NCBI GenBank assembly: GCA_002633005.1 | Contig: NMRA01000132.1 | Span: 248,001-312,000, forward strand | From: Phoronis australis | Taxonomy: Eukaryota; Animalia; Phoronida | Direction of reading: 5' to 3' | Length of the DNA: 64,000 bases | In this document: in pieces, positions 11,201-23,200 of the stretch | Position numbering within the stretch: the first letter of the stretch is position 1 | How the letters are laid out: each line of letters begins with the position of its first letter | The notes under the pieces: generated by a model | Told to the model about the DNA's origin: nothing | What the model saw: only the letters and a program-made list of their open reading frames with translations | Database searches by the model: none | Position numbers and translations under genes: made by a program

Positions 11201-14200
11201 TATTGGGAGAATTGAGTACAATGCTTCCCAAAGGAGCTTGATGATTGAGAACCGGTGCTGGTTTAGACACTAACCATCAGATTTAGTGGACCAGTTCGAT
11301 GCATCTGGGTCTGATGTGCTATTGTTTGCTTATTCTAGGTTCGTTGAAATGGGAAGCCTTTGCATCGCTGTCAGTGATCCCACTGTTTTACGTGATGTTC
11401 TTGTGAAAGAGGCGAACAACTTCAGAAATAGGCGAGTAAGTATATTTTGTGAGCGAGGGAAAATTGATATGTTTTTATGACCATCAGAAGCTTTTACCAT
11501 GATCATAAAATTATCAGATAAATAGAGGTATCAATCTAGTCAATTGTTAAAACATTCGCGCAGTCCTCTGTCACAAGTCATTTATGTACCGCCAATCCCG
11601 CACTGTGACATTGAAGTGAGCACATATTGTCATTTAAATAAAGGTCGGCAAACTGAATCTTTATTGCTGTTTTAATTTTTGAGTATAATAATCATAACCT
11701 ATTTTTTGCCGTTAGGATTTCAGTTTCAGAAGCCAAACAGTTAAAAAGTCTCTAAATTAAATTTAAGATATTGCAATTTAATCAAGACTGTGAATTCGTC
11801 GGTAGTGCGGTAAGAGCACTGCTTACAAAAGGAACTTAGATCAGCAGTGCTCTAGATAAGAATTGATGACGCCGGCATTTCTTGTTTAAATCTATTAATG
11901 ATGCACACAGTGCTGTAAAACTGGTTGTTAGCGTCGGATTGGATAAAACAGTCTCACATTGGACTCAACAAAGTTATGCAAATCCAACGTGTGTGGATTT
12001 GTGAAACTACTGATTTTCCTTTTTATGCTGTTTTACTTTTATGTCTAGGTTGCTTTTTGGCGATACGAATTGAGATTGAATTCAAATTATTATTATTGAA
12101 AATAAATAAGAAAAGTACCATGCACACCTTTAAGTACTAATACCTGTTTGCTTTTATTTAACTTAGTAATCGTTTTTTTGGTTTCCTGTAAAACAGCGCA
12201 ATTCTCATCTCCAACTTTATGGAATGAATGTTACATGTACTTGTTATTTCAGATAATTGGGTGGTACCACTGTTTGCACCCATTTAGGCTTATTTATATC
12301 AATTTCTAATTGTCAGGTTACAGTATCTGTAACTGTGTGCTACTTGATATTATGTCATCGTATCATAGCTGTCCAGTATCATATAAGGTCATCGCCATGC
12401 GCTCTAAACGAGAAGACGAACACTATTCGACGAGAACAGACTGGACTTTATTGTTGTAGCTCAACTAAACACAATATGGCTGCCAAAAAGGCGACAACGT
12501 CATCTCGTGGACAGTAATGAACCTAAATAACTCCAATAACGATAACCTGACTACTGGCGCAACCTCTTCTTCTCTTGTATCTATCTATGCACTAGTGAAA
12601 GCAACGTAACAGAACAGCACAGCAAAGTACTGGCGAAGACGGCTGGTCCTAGTACAGCGACAACTTGTCAGTAACACTGTCTGCGAAATACGACGGACGT
12701 CGCTGTAGGCGCTTTGGCCTGAACTGTGGCACAGAAGCAGGCTCATCAGCAGGAGGTGGAAAAAGCTGAAGAAATCCGTAGAAATGAGCGGGCGGCACGT
12801 CGGAGTTGGCGTCAGAGGTACAGTAAGGCACTCGAGGCCGCCTGGGGGAGCAGGAGGCTGATATGAACTGGCTGGGAGCGGCATCATTTCGTTGTCTACG
12901 TCATCATGAGGGTCACAGTTGACGAACTCTTGGTGAAGAGGTGCTGAGGTACGACTTGACCGTCCACTTGACCTTTTAAGAGAACAAAGTTGGGAGCCAA
13001 TGAACTTGCGAACGAAGCATCACTCTCCGTCGAGTGCCACCATAATCTATCGGCTGTGGGCGAACGACGTTTTGTCGAATACGACGTCTAAACAACGCCG
13101 CCAACATCCAAGGGGTGAATGGGGGAAGGAAGGCTGTCCTCGTTCTTGGAATGCTCGCTGTACAAGTGGTTTGGCTAGCGAAGAGGATGCTGCTCGAGAA
13201 TTTAGTTACGGTGGTTCAGCGGTAGCTGTTCGTTGGTAAACTAATTACGTCGAGTTCATACATGTAGCTCGCGTAAAGAAAGCACCTGGTAACGAGTTTT
13301 GCTTTTAAGCGATGGTGTCAAAAATTGACTGCGAACTTGTTTAACAGGTAGCTATGCTTTGAGATTGTGCGTGGGTGGAGAGAGAATGGTTAAATCCAGT
13401 TATTAATTTATTATATGATAACAACCAATTAAAACCAGTTAAACGTGTTGTTAATTATGTTATGGTGCTTGCCGAGCTGAGGCTCCACGGACCTGTTGAG
13501 TAATCGTAGCTTTCCCCCGACTGTGTCAAAAATCTGCAAAGGGGGCCACGATGACGTACCTCGTGCACAGGGCATGTCGTAACGGGGTTCCAAGGTGACA
13601 TTACAATCTGGATCGATCTGATCTGGCAAAGTGAAATCCACAGTCACCGGGTCAGACAATGTGGGCTTAGCGGGCGCTCGTAACACGGAAAGCCCCCGAG
13701 TACAGCGAGCTCAGTGTGACCGGCGGGAGTCAGGTGAGTCGGTGCCCCTTCAAGTTTTGTTCAAGACAGCAACGCTGTCTTGAACCAAAACGTGAAAGGG
13801 TAGACGGCAATATCATTAGAACCATGAACGGAGTGGTTACAGGGACGTTAGTGTCTAATTCTTCAACCACTAGTGCTTAGGGTAACAGGGTTAATTCAAA
13901 CTTCGTCTGCCTGATAGGCTACCTGGGAAGAATTGGTGATAGGAACGCCCAGTTGTCGAGCGAGTAACGCCTTCGTCACACTGATCTCCGCAACACAGTT
14001 TAAGGTAAGTGTGACTGGAGTGTACTGGTCGAAGGGCCTAAAGTAGGCTGCAGCTATGATGGCTACACGGCGAGTAACGACACGAGCCTAAGTAGAGAAG
14101 TCGCTGTCGTCGTCGTCGGAACCGCGCGGATTGGGATCGTCGTCGTCAACGTTATCGTCGGCTGTATTAGCTAAGATTCAAGATCGGGCCTAAGCAAGAT

Positions 14201-17200
14201 ACATGTACGCACGTTCATCAGCGGGCAAGTATTGACATTTGCTGACAAAGTGATGCTGTGGTCTCTTGGATTACATGATAATTAAGGACGCACAGGTGTT
14301 CGATTAGTTGTACCACGCGCAGGGGCCAGTTCTGCTATGGAAACGTCAGGAAGGAAGCTCGCATGACCCTAGCATCAGCAGGCGCTTGAATCACTTCCAG
14401 GGTGTCTAATGCCTGAGAGATGTGAGGTTTTATAGAGGAGAGACTTCTTGTCCGGAGATCTTTACCATAACACTGTTTAACAAGTCGGGTACTTGAGGGC
14501 TGATGAGTCGCAACCAGCTCAAAACGATTTAGTTCTCCGCCGTTGGCGCCAGTTCCTTATCTGCGACCGGTTTCTCATCGTGGTGGATGATCTGGTCACT
14601 TGCTGTGAGGAGGTTGTCGTCAACGAAACTGTTGCCTCTGGAAAAAAAGTCTTTAGGTCTCTCGACGAGCTCAAGCTTGATGTTATTAAAATCAAGGAAA
14701 TGCGGTTGGAAACCCATGTTACCCTATTCCCATAACACCTGGTCTATGGAGGACGAGTTTCTAATGATGGCGTTGCGCGAGATAACTGAACAGAAATTAG
14801 CCACCTGTCCCAACAGTAATTCTAAATGAGTCAGTTTCTGGACAGCGGTGCGCCCTTTTGCAGCACTGAGGTACCGGGCCCCTCGCCGTCGTCAGTAAGT
14901 CACATCGTTAGTCGGCGGCGGGTTTTCTTAGTCCAGTTAACGATCGATGAGTAAGAACGCTGCAAAATTAGTGTCACGGGGCAGATTGTAGTCAATGTTC
15001 CGGCGCCATGCCTCGAAAGACGTGAAACTTTCGCAATTTGTCAGGGACTATTGTTCTGGCGAGCAGATCGCCATTGCAGAAACGTGGGACTAGCTCATTA
15101 CACACAGAAGTTCAAAGACTGGGATAAGCAATGGAAAGCCCGTAGGTAAAAGACAAACAACAGCTTTACGTGTTTGATGTAGTAGATACAGAAACGTCTT
15201 CATGAGACACGAAATGCTCAGGACTGAGTGACGCTGATAATCCAATGTTGACCTGAAACTTAAATACGTGGATGTAACATAATTTGACTGCGCCAGTGCA
15301 CAGTCGGGTCTAGCCTGAGTGACGGCCACCGGAAAAACAGCCTTGCAGATTACAGGCAAGATCTGAGTGTACAAATGTCCTCGGAAATGCGTAGATGTAG
15401 TTGCTGCGCTACCACCTCGCTAATGAGGGGAAGGCGAACACTATTCGACGAAAACAGACTAGACTTTATTGTACTGGCTTGAGTGTAACACAATATGGCT
15501 GCCGAAGAGGTGACAACGTCACCTCGTGGACATAAATGATACTAAAACATTCAGCAGCAATGAACTGAGTACTGGCGATGTGTGTAACATGGTTTCTCTT
15601 TCGGCACCTCATAGCAGATAGGAATTAACTCAAAACTCACCTCTTGGTCAACTTGAAGTTATTTCTTCTTGCAATGTACATGTAGTTATTTTGCAAGCTT
15701 AATGATTTATGTGTTTTCTTTAAATTTATCCTTTATTTCTCATTGAAGAGCGGATTGGAATTCTCATTCAGGCTATAATACTAATTCACTTCAACTATTC
15801 ATCGTCACTGACTTCATGATTTGGTTAGTCGTCAGTTTCTGTTGTAGAGCTTTGGCAAAAAGCTGGATGACAAATTTCTCAACAACTTCATAAGTACTCT
15901 TCGTGATGGCCGCTGGAAACACGTCAGAGCTGAACTGACCCCGACTTTTAGTCCAGGAAAGCTTAGAAAGGTACAGTGCTGTTCTTTCAGTTGTTGCGAG
16001 CCACCTATGCTGCGCCCCCCATGATTAATGGTCAGAGTGCATGGGGCCTGCAGCTATATATAAACATTGTCATGCACCCACATAATCTTGGTGTTTGTTG
16101 TCGTCATCTCTGTCTTGGAGTCGTATGTCTGCTGCTGCATCTCCTAAACCCCTTTTAGGATCATAGTGATATTTGGCAGGTGTATACACATGAAGGTGAT
16201 GACGTGATGACGGGTTTCAGACTAGATTACGTCTACCCTTAGTGTTATTTTTATTTTTTTTACATAATTATGCTTCTTCAGAGTTTCTTGGTGGATTTTC
16301 ATGAAGTTTTGGCAAACAGTTTTCTACTAAGGAGACGCTGTTTTCTTGTTTTCGGTTGAATTGGGCTTGTTCTGTGCCACCTTGTGGAATTTTTACCGTT
16401 TTTAGTCAGGGCTTGGAATGGTTTTCTTCGAAGAATTCCGACAAGTATGTTTGTCTGCCGTCAAGTTTTTTTTTTGTTCGCACTCTACAGGTCGCAATTT
16501 TCGTCCGATTCACAAGAAATTCGCACAAGACGTGTACATCTAAAAGTCCTGGAAGCGTATTGTTTTTGGTCATGATCGGATTCAAAATGGCGGATGTGGC
16601 GGCCATTTTGTTTACGGTTTCAGATTCAAATGCTCATAGAGGCCGCAATTTTCAACGTACAGAGCTAGTGAAACTTGGTACGATTATTACAAAACACAAG
16701 TACTACAACTGCGCGGTAAATCGTTAACTTCTGGTCAAAGATGGCGGAAATATTGGCAATGGCGCATGCGCACATCGTTTTGGTTTTATTCGTTTATTTC
16801 AGTTAAATTGATGACATAAAAATATTTCTATCACACAAGTCTACTTCTTTGTGGAACGATATATCACCTGGAGAATGTTTCTCTTTTTTGTCATTGGTAA
16901 TTCCTGCAACTGTTTTGCCATCCGCCCCTCTATCGGCCAAACCATTATGATTACGAAAATTGACATAAATGTTCCTACTGAGAGGAGTACGGCCCATGAT
17001 TTTCAGACGGCTCTGACTACACTAGCTCCTCTAGTGGCATTTTGTTTATTTGGCTGTATCTCTTAAAACCTCTGCGAGAAGTTTAGCAAGTGTATTTATA
17101 TATTTATATGAAAGTGACAAAGGATGGTTTGTGTAATCTAGCTGTAGTCGTAAACTTTGTGTACTTCAAGGTTGCGTCATTTTTCCTACTACTTTGACCT

Positions 17201-20200
17201 TGCACATGAGAGTGACCTATTGGACAGGAGTTCATTCTAGTGTAATAATCATGTGAAGATCACATTTCCTTTGAGAAGTCATGCGCGCATCCAGCCTAAA
17301 AAATCGGGAGCTCGAATTTTGAGAATAGGTTCATTTGCTGTTTTAACGCCGAGCTAGTAAATTCAAGAATGCAGGTTGTGCCAGGTCCTGAAATTTTATA
17401 AGCTTGGTCTGAAAATATGACAAATCGACTGTTCGCCCTGAGACCGGAGATCACTGAGTTTAATAATAGGAAGTGGTCACAATCAACTAAATTTCTAAGC
17501 AAAGCACGGATTTAACACCACTGCAATATTTGATTATAGCCACTTAGTTGAACCTGGGTCGTAAGCTTTGAACCAGTACTGTCTTCAGAGACTCTATTGC
17601 TGTACTTTGGAGTGTTGTATATAACATGTATCATTTCCTTTTAGATGTGCCCCCTGATTTCCGCAAATGTTCGGATTTTCTTGAAGAATCTAAAGATGTT
17701 TGCTGATGAAGAGAAAGAATTTGAGTGCAAAAAGTATTCTCGGCTTTTGTATAGTAACGATTTTGTGAATTTCATTGTTATTAATGGCATGCTTTTCATC
17801 CGCTGCCAACTAAACATGTTCTTTATTTCTCTTTTGGAATTTGTTGACGACTCGAAAGATTTAAATAAAATGCTATTAATTAACATGTTTTAAATTCTTG
17901 ATGTTTGAAAAAATTGAAATTCCTGGAAATCTTGAATTTCGAAGTGTGCGTGGATTATTAAGGATTTGGATTTTTTAAAGGTATCATCAGAGTTATGTTT
18001 TTTTACTTTTTGAGAGGACTATTTTTATAGCCAATCTACACTATGAGGAATGACTTACAATAGTAATGGCAGATCTTAAGCGAATTTCAATGACTGAAGA
18101 ACTTTTTCTAAGCTGCTTTTAAACCGCTGTGACTTCTTCTTTAGAATTGTATGAAAACTTAAATCTGATATTGGTTCAAAAAAATGCAGCGCTTCTATTT
18201 GTTTTGCAAAGGTAGACACATTATCTGTTATAATTTAATGAAAGGTGATAAATTTATTGAAATCGTTGTCACCGTATTCCACTGAGAAATAATATCGCAG
18301 TCTCCCAAAGCGTGTAAAATAGCTTCATCTGGTTATTACAAAAATACAAACTTCCATGCGATATTTTTTCAAACACTAATTGGAATGACTCTGAAAGATT
18401 TAATATTGAGACCACCTTCGTTAACTCGGTATACCTATAGGTGATCTCGTTTACTTCGGCCATCAGATACACTAGTCTTCGAAATTCTAATATGGGGTTC
18501 CACCTCAGAGTGAAACTAGTTTTGCTGGAGCTCGGTTTGGTGTTGATTGCCAAAATGGTGAAGAAGAATTTCTACTTTTACATGCTGTCTTCAAGTGATC
18601 CACTGCTATCGAAAGCAAGGAATTAATTAACTGCAATGTATTTTCGTGGTTGAGCAAAGACGTGGATAACTCATTTGCCTCAATGTTAATTGGGTTTATT
18701 TTTACTACAGGGTTTTCTCAGCCTTCTCTCTGGACACTATATTGAGCACAGCATTCGGCGTCATCACGGATACACAAGACAATCCAGATGATCCTATCAT
18801 TGAGCAAGCCAAGTCCTTAACTGGCAGAACAAGCAAGACCAGGCTGCTGAAAATATACTTTTTCAGTAAGAATTGTTGTTTGCTATTAATGATTACGTGA
18901 TATCATTTCAAATGTTCTTCAGCCAAGGTGTGGAAAAGAATACAGTGAAATATCACTTATTTTGAACAGTTTTGTTCCATGTTCTTGTTCAAATTCGCCT
19001 AACATTGTGTTGAAAGCCCACGTTTGCTCAAAACATTTTCTGGCAGTAGCTACATGTATAAAGGTAAGTTATCAAAAGTGATAAGGTTGCTTATTGTTTA
19101 TGAAAATTATTAAAAATTAAGTAAGCATCTGTCCGCCATATCGTGCCCAAATTTGGTTAGATGTTACCTTAAGGGCTTTTCTGGAATCTTGACAAATATT
19201 TCAACAGGGAGATGACTAATTATTCTGCCTCATCCAATGACCAGTTTTATGGTACTTATAACATACCCTTGAAGCACTAACTGTTTGCGGTGCAGTCGCA
19301 CGTGTACTTCAAGGCTTCCAGTTGCTCTTGTTACCTATCTGTGCAATGCAACCACATATAGGTTTTCAAATTACTGTTGGTCACTTGAAATACAAACTCT
19401 ATTCAATTTATTTAATATTTCAATTGTTAATGTTATTCAGTTAAAATATAATGGTAAATGAATTATGTACAAGGACAAAAACAATTGCAGGCTTGTCTAT
19501 TCCCTGATTCACAGAGTTTATTAAAATAATTTTTTTCTTAGGCAAGACCATAGAATTTTTTAAGCTGTGTTTAGTTACCCAGGCCAACTGAGGTAGTTGG
19601 ATACAAAGAGCAGGGTTCACAAAGAACTGCTTTCACTAACCTTGCGTGTTAATTTCAAAAGGTCAATGGTGTGTGAACAACACCCATGATTTATGAGATA
19701 TAGTTACCCTTCCAAAATTATTCTCACCTTCGCACAAACATATTGGGCTCATAATGTCAAAGTGTTCCATTGAAATTGGAACCCCGGTGTAAAACAGAAG
19801 AGACTCCTGCACCTTCAAAACAGCTAACCAGCCCGAAAAACACGAAGCACGGAAATTAAATCAGGAACCCCGGGTATCGGGCTGAAAATCCCGGGACCAA
19901 AATACCACTCCTGCACTTTCTGTCAAACATTGTTTATTTCACGAAAATAGTATCTTTGTACCTTTAAAGTGCCAAATTCCGTTTTAATGATCGATGAGGA
20001 GTATACTTTTAAGGACAAGACTGACGGTGAAATTTCTTAGATGTTACCTTGAAATTTGAGTGAATAAGTCTCGCGGTCCACTTCAAAATACGGAAATTAG
20101 TTGTGCCGGAAAAAATGTACTCGCGACAAGTAAATTGATGAACCTTAAAATGATTATTGAATAATCGGAAATAAGCTGAATATCATATTCACCGAGATAA

Positions 20201-23200
20201 CAATGTGTTCAGAGTATAGATTGTGTTGAAATTCGACCACATACATCTTGCACGAGTCTTACCGATCATTGTAATATAAGTTACGTTTTATTACTGATAA
20301 TGTTTAACAAATAAATGCAGAAAACAGTTGGAAAGCACTTGAAGATGCCTTAACTCAAAGTTTGAGGCTACTGACTTAGTATCGGAAAATACGATAAATT
20401 GCCTGGGTTTCTAATCCGATTCCCAGGGTTCCTGTTTTAAAGGTCGGGGCTCGTGTTTTTCGGGCTGGTTAGCTGTTTTGAAGGTGCAGGAATCTGTTTT
20501 CGAATCCGGAATATCTGTTTTACAACGGGATTCCAATTTCGATGGCACACCTTGAATCTGCTGCACACATCAGGAATATTTAGGTCATCAAGATTGTTGA
20601 GGACCTTACGCTTCAGTCAAATGTGTAGGCCCCCTACACAACTTCTGAATTTGACATAATCACGTGTACTTTTGACGAGCTATAAAATAATCCTATTTAA
20701 AAACTTTCAAAGCGAAACTGTTGTCGACCTCAGTGTTTGAACGATGGGTCTGATTAGCTAGGGAACGAGAAGATCAGCAGCCTGTGGCGATGTAATTAAC
20801 TGCAACAACACGGTGTCTTCGATTATTGCCGGAAAACTTCGATGTATGCAAACCGCCAAGTTGGCCAACCTCGACCGGTGACGGTTTTGGGGTGGAATTC
20901 TTTTTATGCGTAGCAACACAAAAGTGTCAAATTTCGTTTGATATAAATATCCGAACTAAAATCAATTCCATTTGCTTCCAGTGTTGTTCCCCAGCTTAGC
21001 TATCAAACTGGGATTAACGTTAACAAACCAAGCAGCCACTTCCTTCTTCAGCAGACTTGTGGATCAGATTATTGAGGAGAGGAAGAAACAAGAGGTAATG
21101 TCACATCGTTATTTTTATTGTGAGGTGAACTTAGGTGTTTGAGCTATCTCCATCAAAACGTGGTCATTTTTTGTGAGGAAAAATGTCTAATACTCAATTT
21201 TTATGTCGAACTCAAATGTCGGCTCTATTTGCTTCCACGAAAGCATTTACAAAATCGACAAAAAATGAAATCAAACGCTTTATTAGTTCTTCTGGGAACC
21301 CATATCTTAAGGCTGCCAAATTAAAATACAATAAGGACTTGTGGTTTTCTGACAATCCAGAGTTGCATGACTTCCAGCTCCAGACGGTCCATCATGACAA
21401 TATAATATTTTGTAGGTAGTACGATGATTTAGATTTTAGAAATTTTCTTCATCCTCGTATTTGATCAAGCTGTCTTTGAAGTTTAAAGTCATATTCAGCT
21501 TCCGTTCTTTGCTTTGGAAACTAGCCATGAATGACTATTGCCCTGCATGTGTTTTGGTAAAGCTTCCCCAGCATATGATGTGAATATTAATTTTTATTTC
21601 TATAGATCTGGAAATGCTGAATATTTTTTCATCATGACGTTGGAAAGTGAATAAAAAGTTGGTTACAAGTAAAATTTAACGTAGACCTTCATGTCTTGTT
21701 AGAGTATATCTTGTTTGACCTTACAGGGTGACCATAATGACTTTCTGCAACTGGCAATAAAGGCAAATGAGAAACATCTTTCTAGGAAGGACCCCAATGA
21801 ATTGAAAGGTTCTTAAATTAGACCAAGGTTTATGCTAAACCTTTTGTGAACATCGCCGTCATAGTTGTTGTGGTTTTTGTTGTGGCTTGACGGTGCAAAT
21901 ATGTGGGTGGTTGTGACAGTGGTTAACATGATGGTAGTTTGATGGTGGTCGTGACATAGTAAAGATAATGGTACTTTTAATAGTTGTTGTGATAGTGGTA
22001 AAAATAATATTCTCACATGACCTGGAATGTGTTACAACACGACTGGTTAATAACACCGAGTACGCAATTTTTATATAACCTGGGCGAATCGCAAAATAGT
22101 GCAAAGTACATTTTATCGCCTGCAAAACACTAAAACAACCAAACGTTCGCCAAACAAACAATGCCGGAGTTCCGAGAACGTGGCAAGGTTGATTGACGAA
22201 TCGGGGCCGCAACTGTACGTACTCCCAGTCTGAAGGACATGCAAACAACTTCTTAAAAGGACCCATCTTCGGCGGCGAATTCCATATTCACGTTCATTCA
22301 AACGAAGACGAGACTGTCTAGCTGTGCTGTCTCAAGGTCATTTCGTTGCTCACGCGCGGGGAAGCCTTGCTGACTGTTATTCGAACATTTAAAAAGTTTT
22401 TTTTTAAACTTGTAATATTAAAATATTCCAACTACAAGGACTACTTATTGGATTATAACTTAAATATTTGTTGCGAAAGCCAAATGCAATTTACAATTGT
22501 TAAGCTTAAAATAAAACTATTAACAAAAAGTAACTGAATTATTTTACATTTCGCAAGCGTGTTTTTTCAAAAGTTGCATCATGTGGTTGAACGTATTAGA
22601 CACGTCGAGTTTTTCTGCAAAAAGATCGTTTTTACGGTTCACGTGAGAAAATCTTACACTGGTCGTCTCAAATTCATGACATGGGCAAAACCTCTTGGTA
22701 ATTTCGTCAAAATCCAGAGGATTTGCCCATGTCATACACCTGAGACTCGTGTAGGATTCTCCATTTACTTTTGATTCTGGTTGTGCCAGTGATAAAGATA
22801 ATGGTAAGTGCTTGTGACAGTGGTTTTGCTGATTCTGAAAAAGTGTCAAAGTACATAATTGTTACATTGCAGATTTGCGACAATCGTCTGACGACCTATC
22901 GTGTGTTAGTCACTCATTCTGTCAGTCAGCTACCATTTTTACTCAATATGTTTAGGAAGAGATTTTGAAAAACGTTGAAGAGACACTGGGAATGGATTAG
23001 GAACAGCTGATTTTATTTTGTGAAAAACGCCAAAAAGGATACCAAGATCAAATCCCAATGAGATGTCTCTTACGTCGCAAAAATGTTTTTCAATGGAATT
23101 ACGATCCGATTTTTGGTAGTGTGCTGGTCATAACAGATGCAATGTTATCTGAGTGTGTCCGGGTGAATTTGGTTGCCGCATGTGGTAGATTAGATAATGA

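Noticed and set aside
11235-11320. Possible intronic C/D box snoRNA (TGATGA...CTGA with short terminal stem)
   Set aside because: The C box is not kept in gene B (TGGATGA), and the CTGAT lies ~27 nt from the acceptor, where it is better explained as the branch point.
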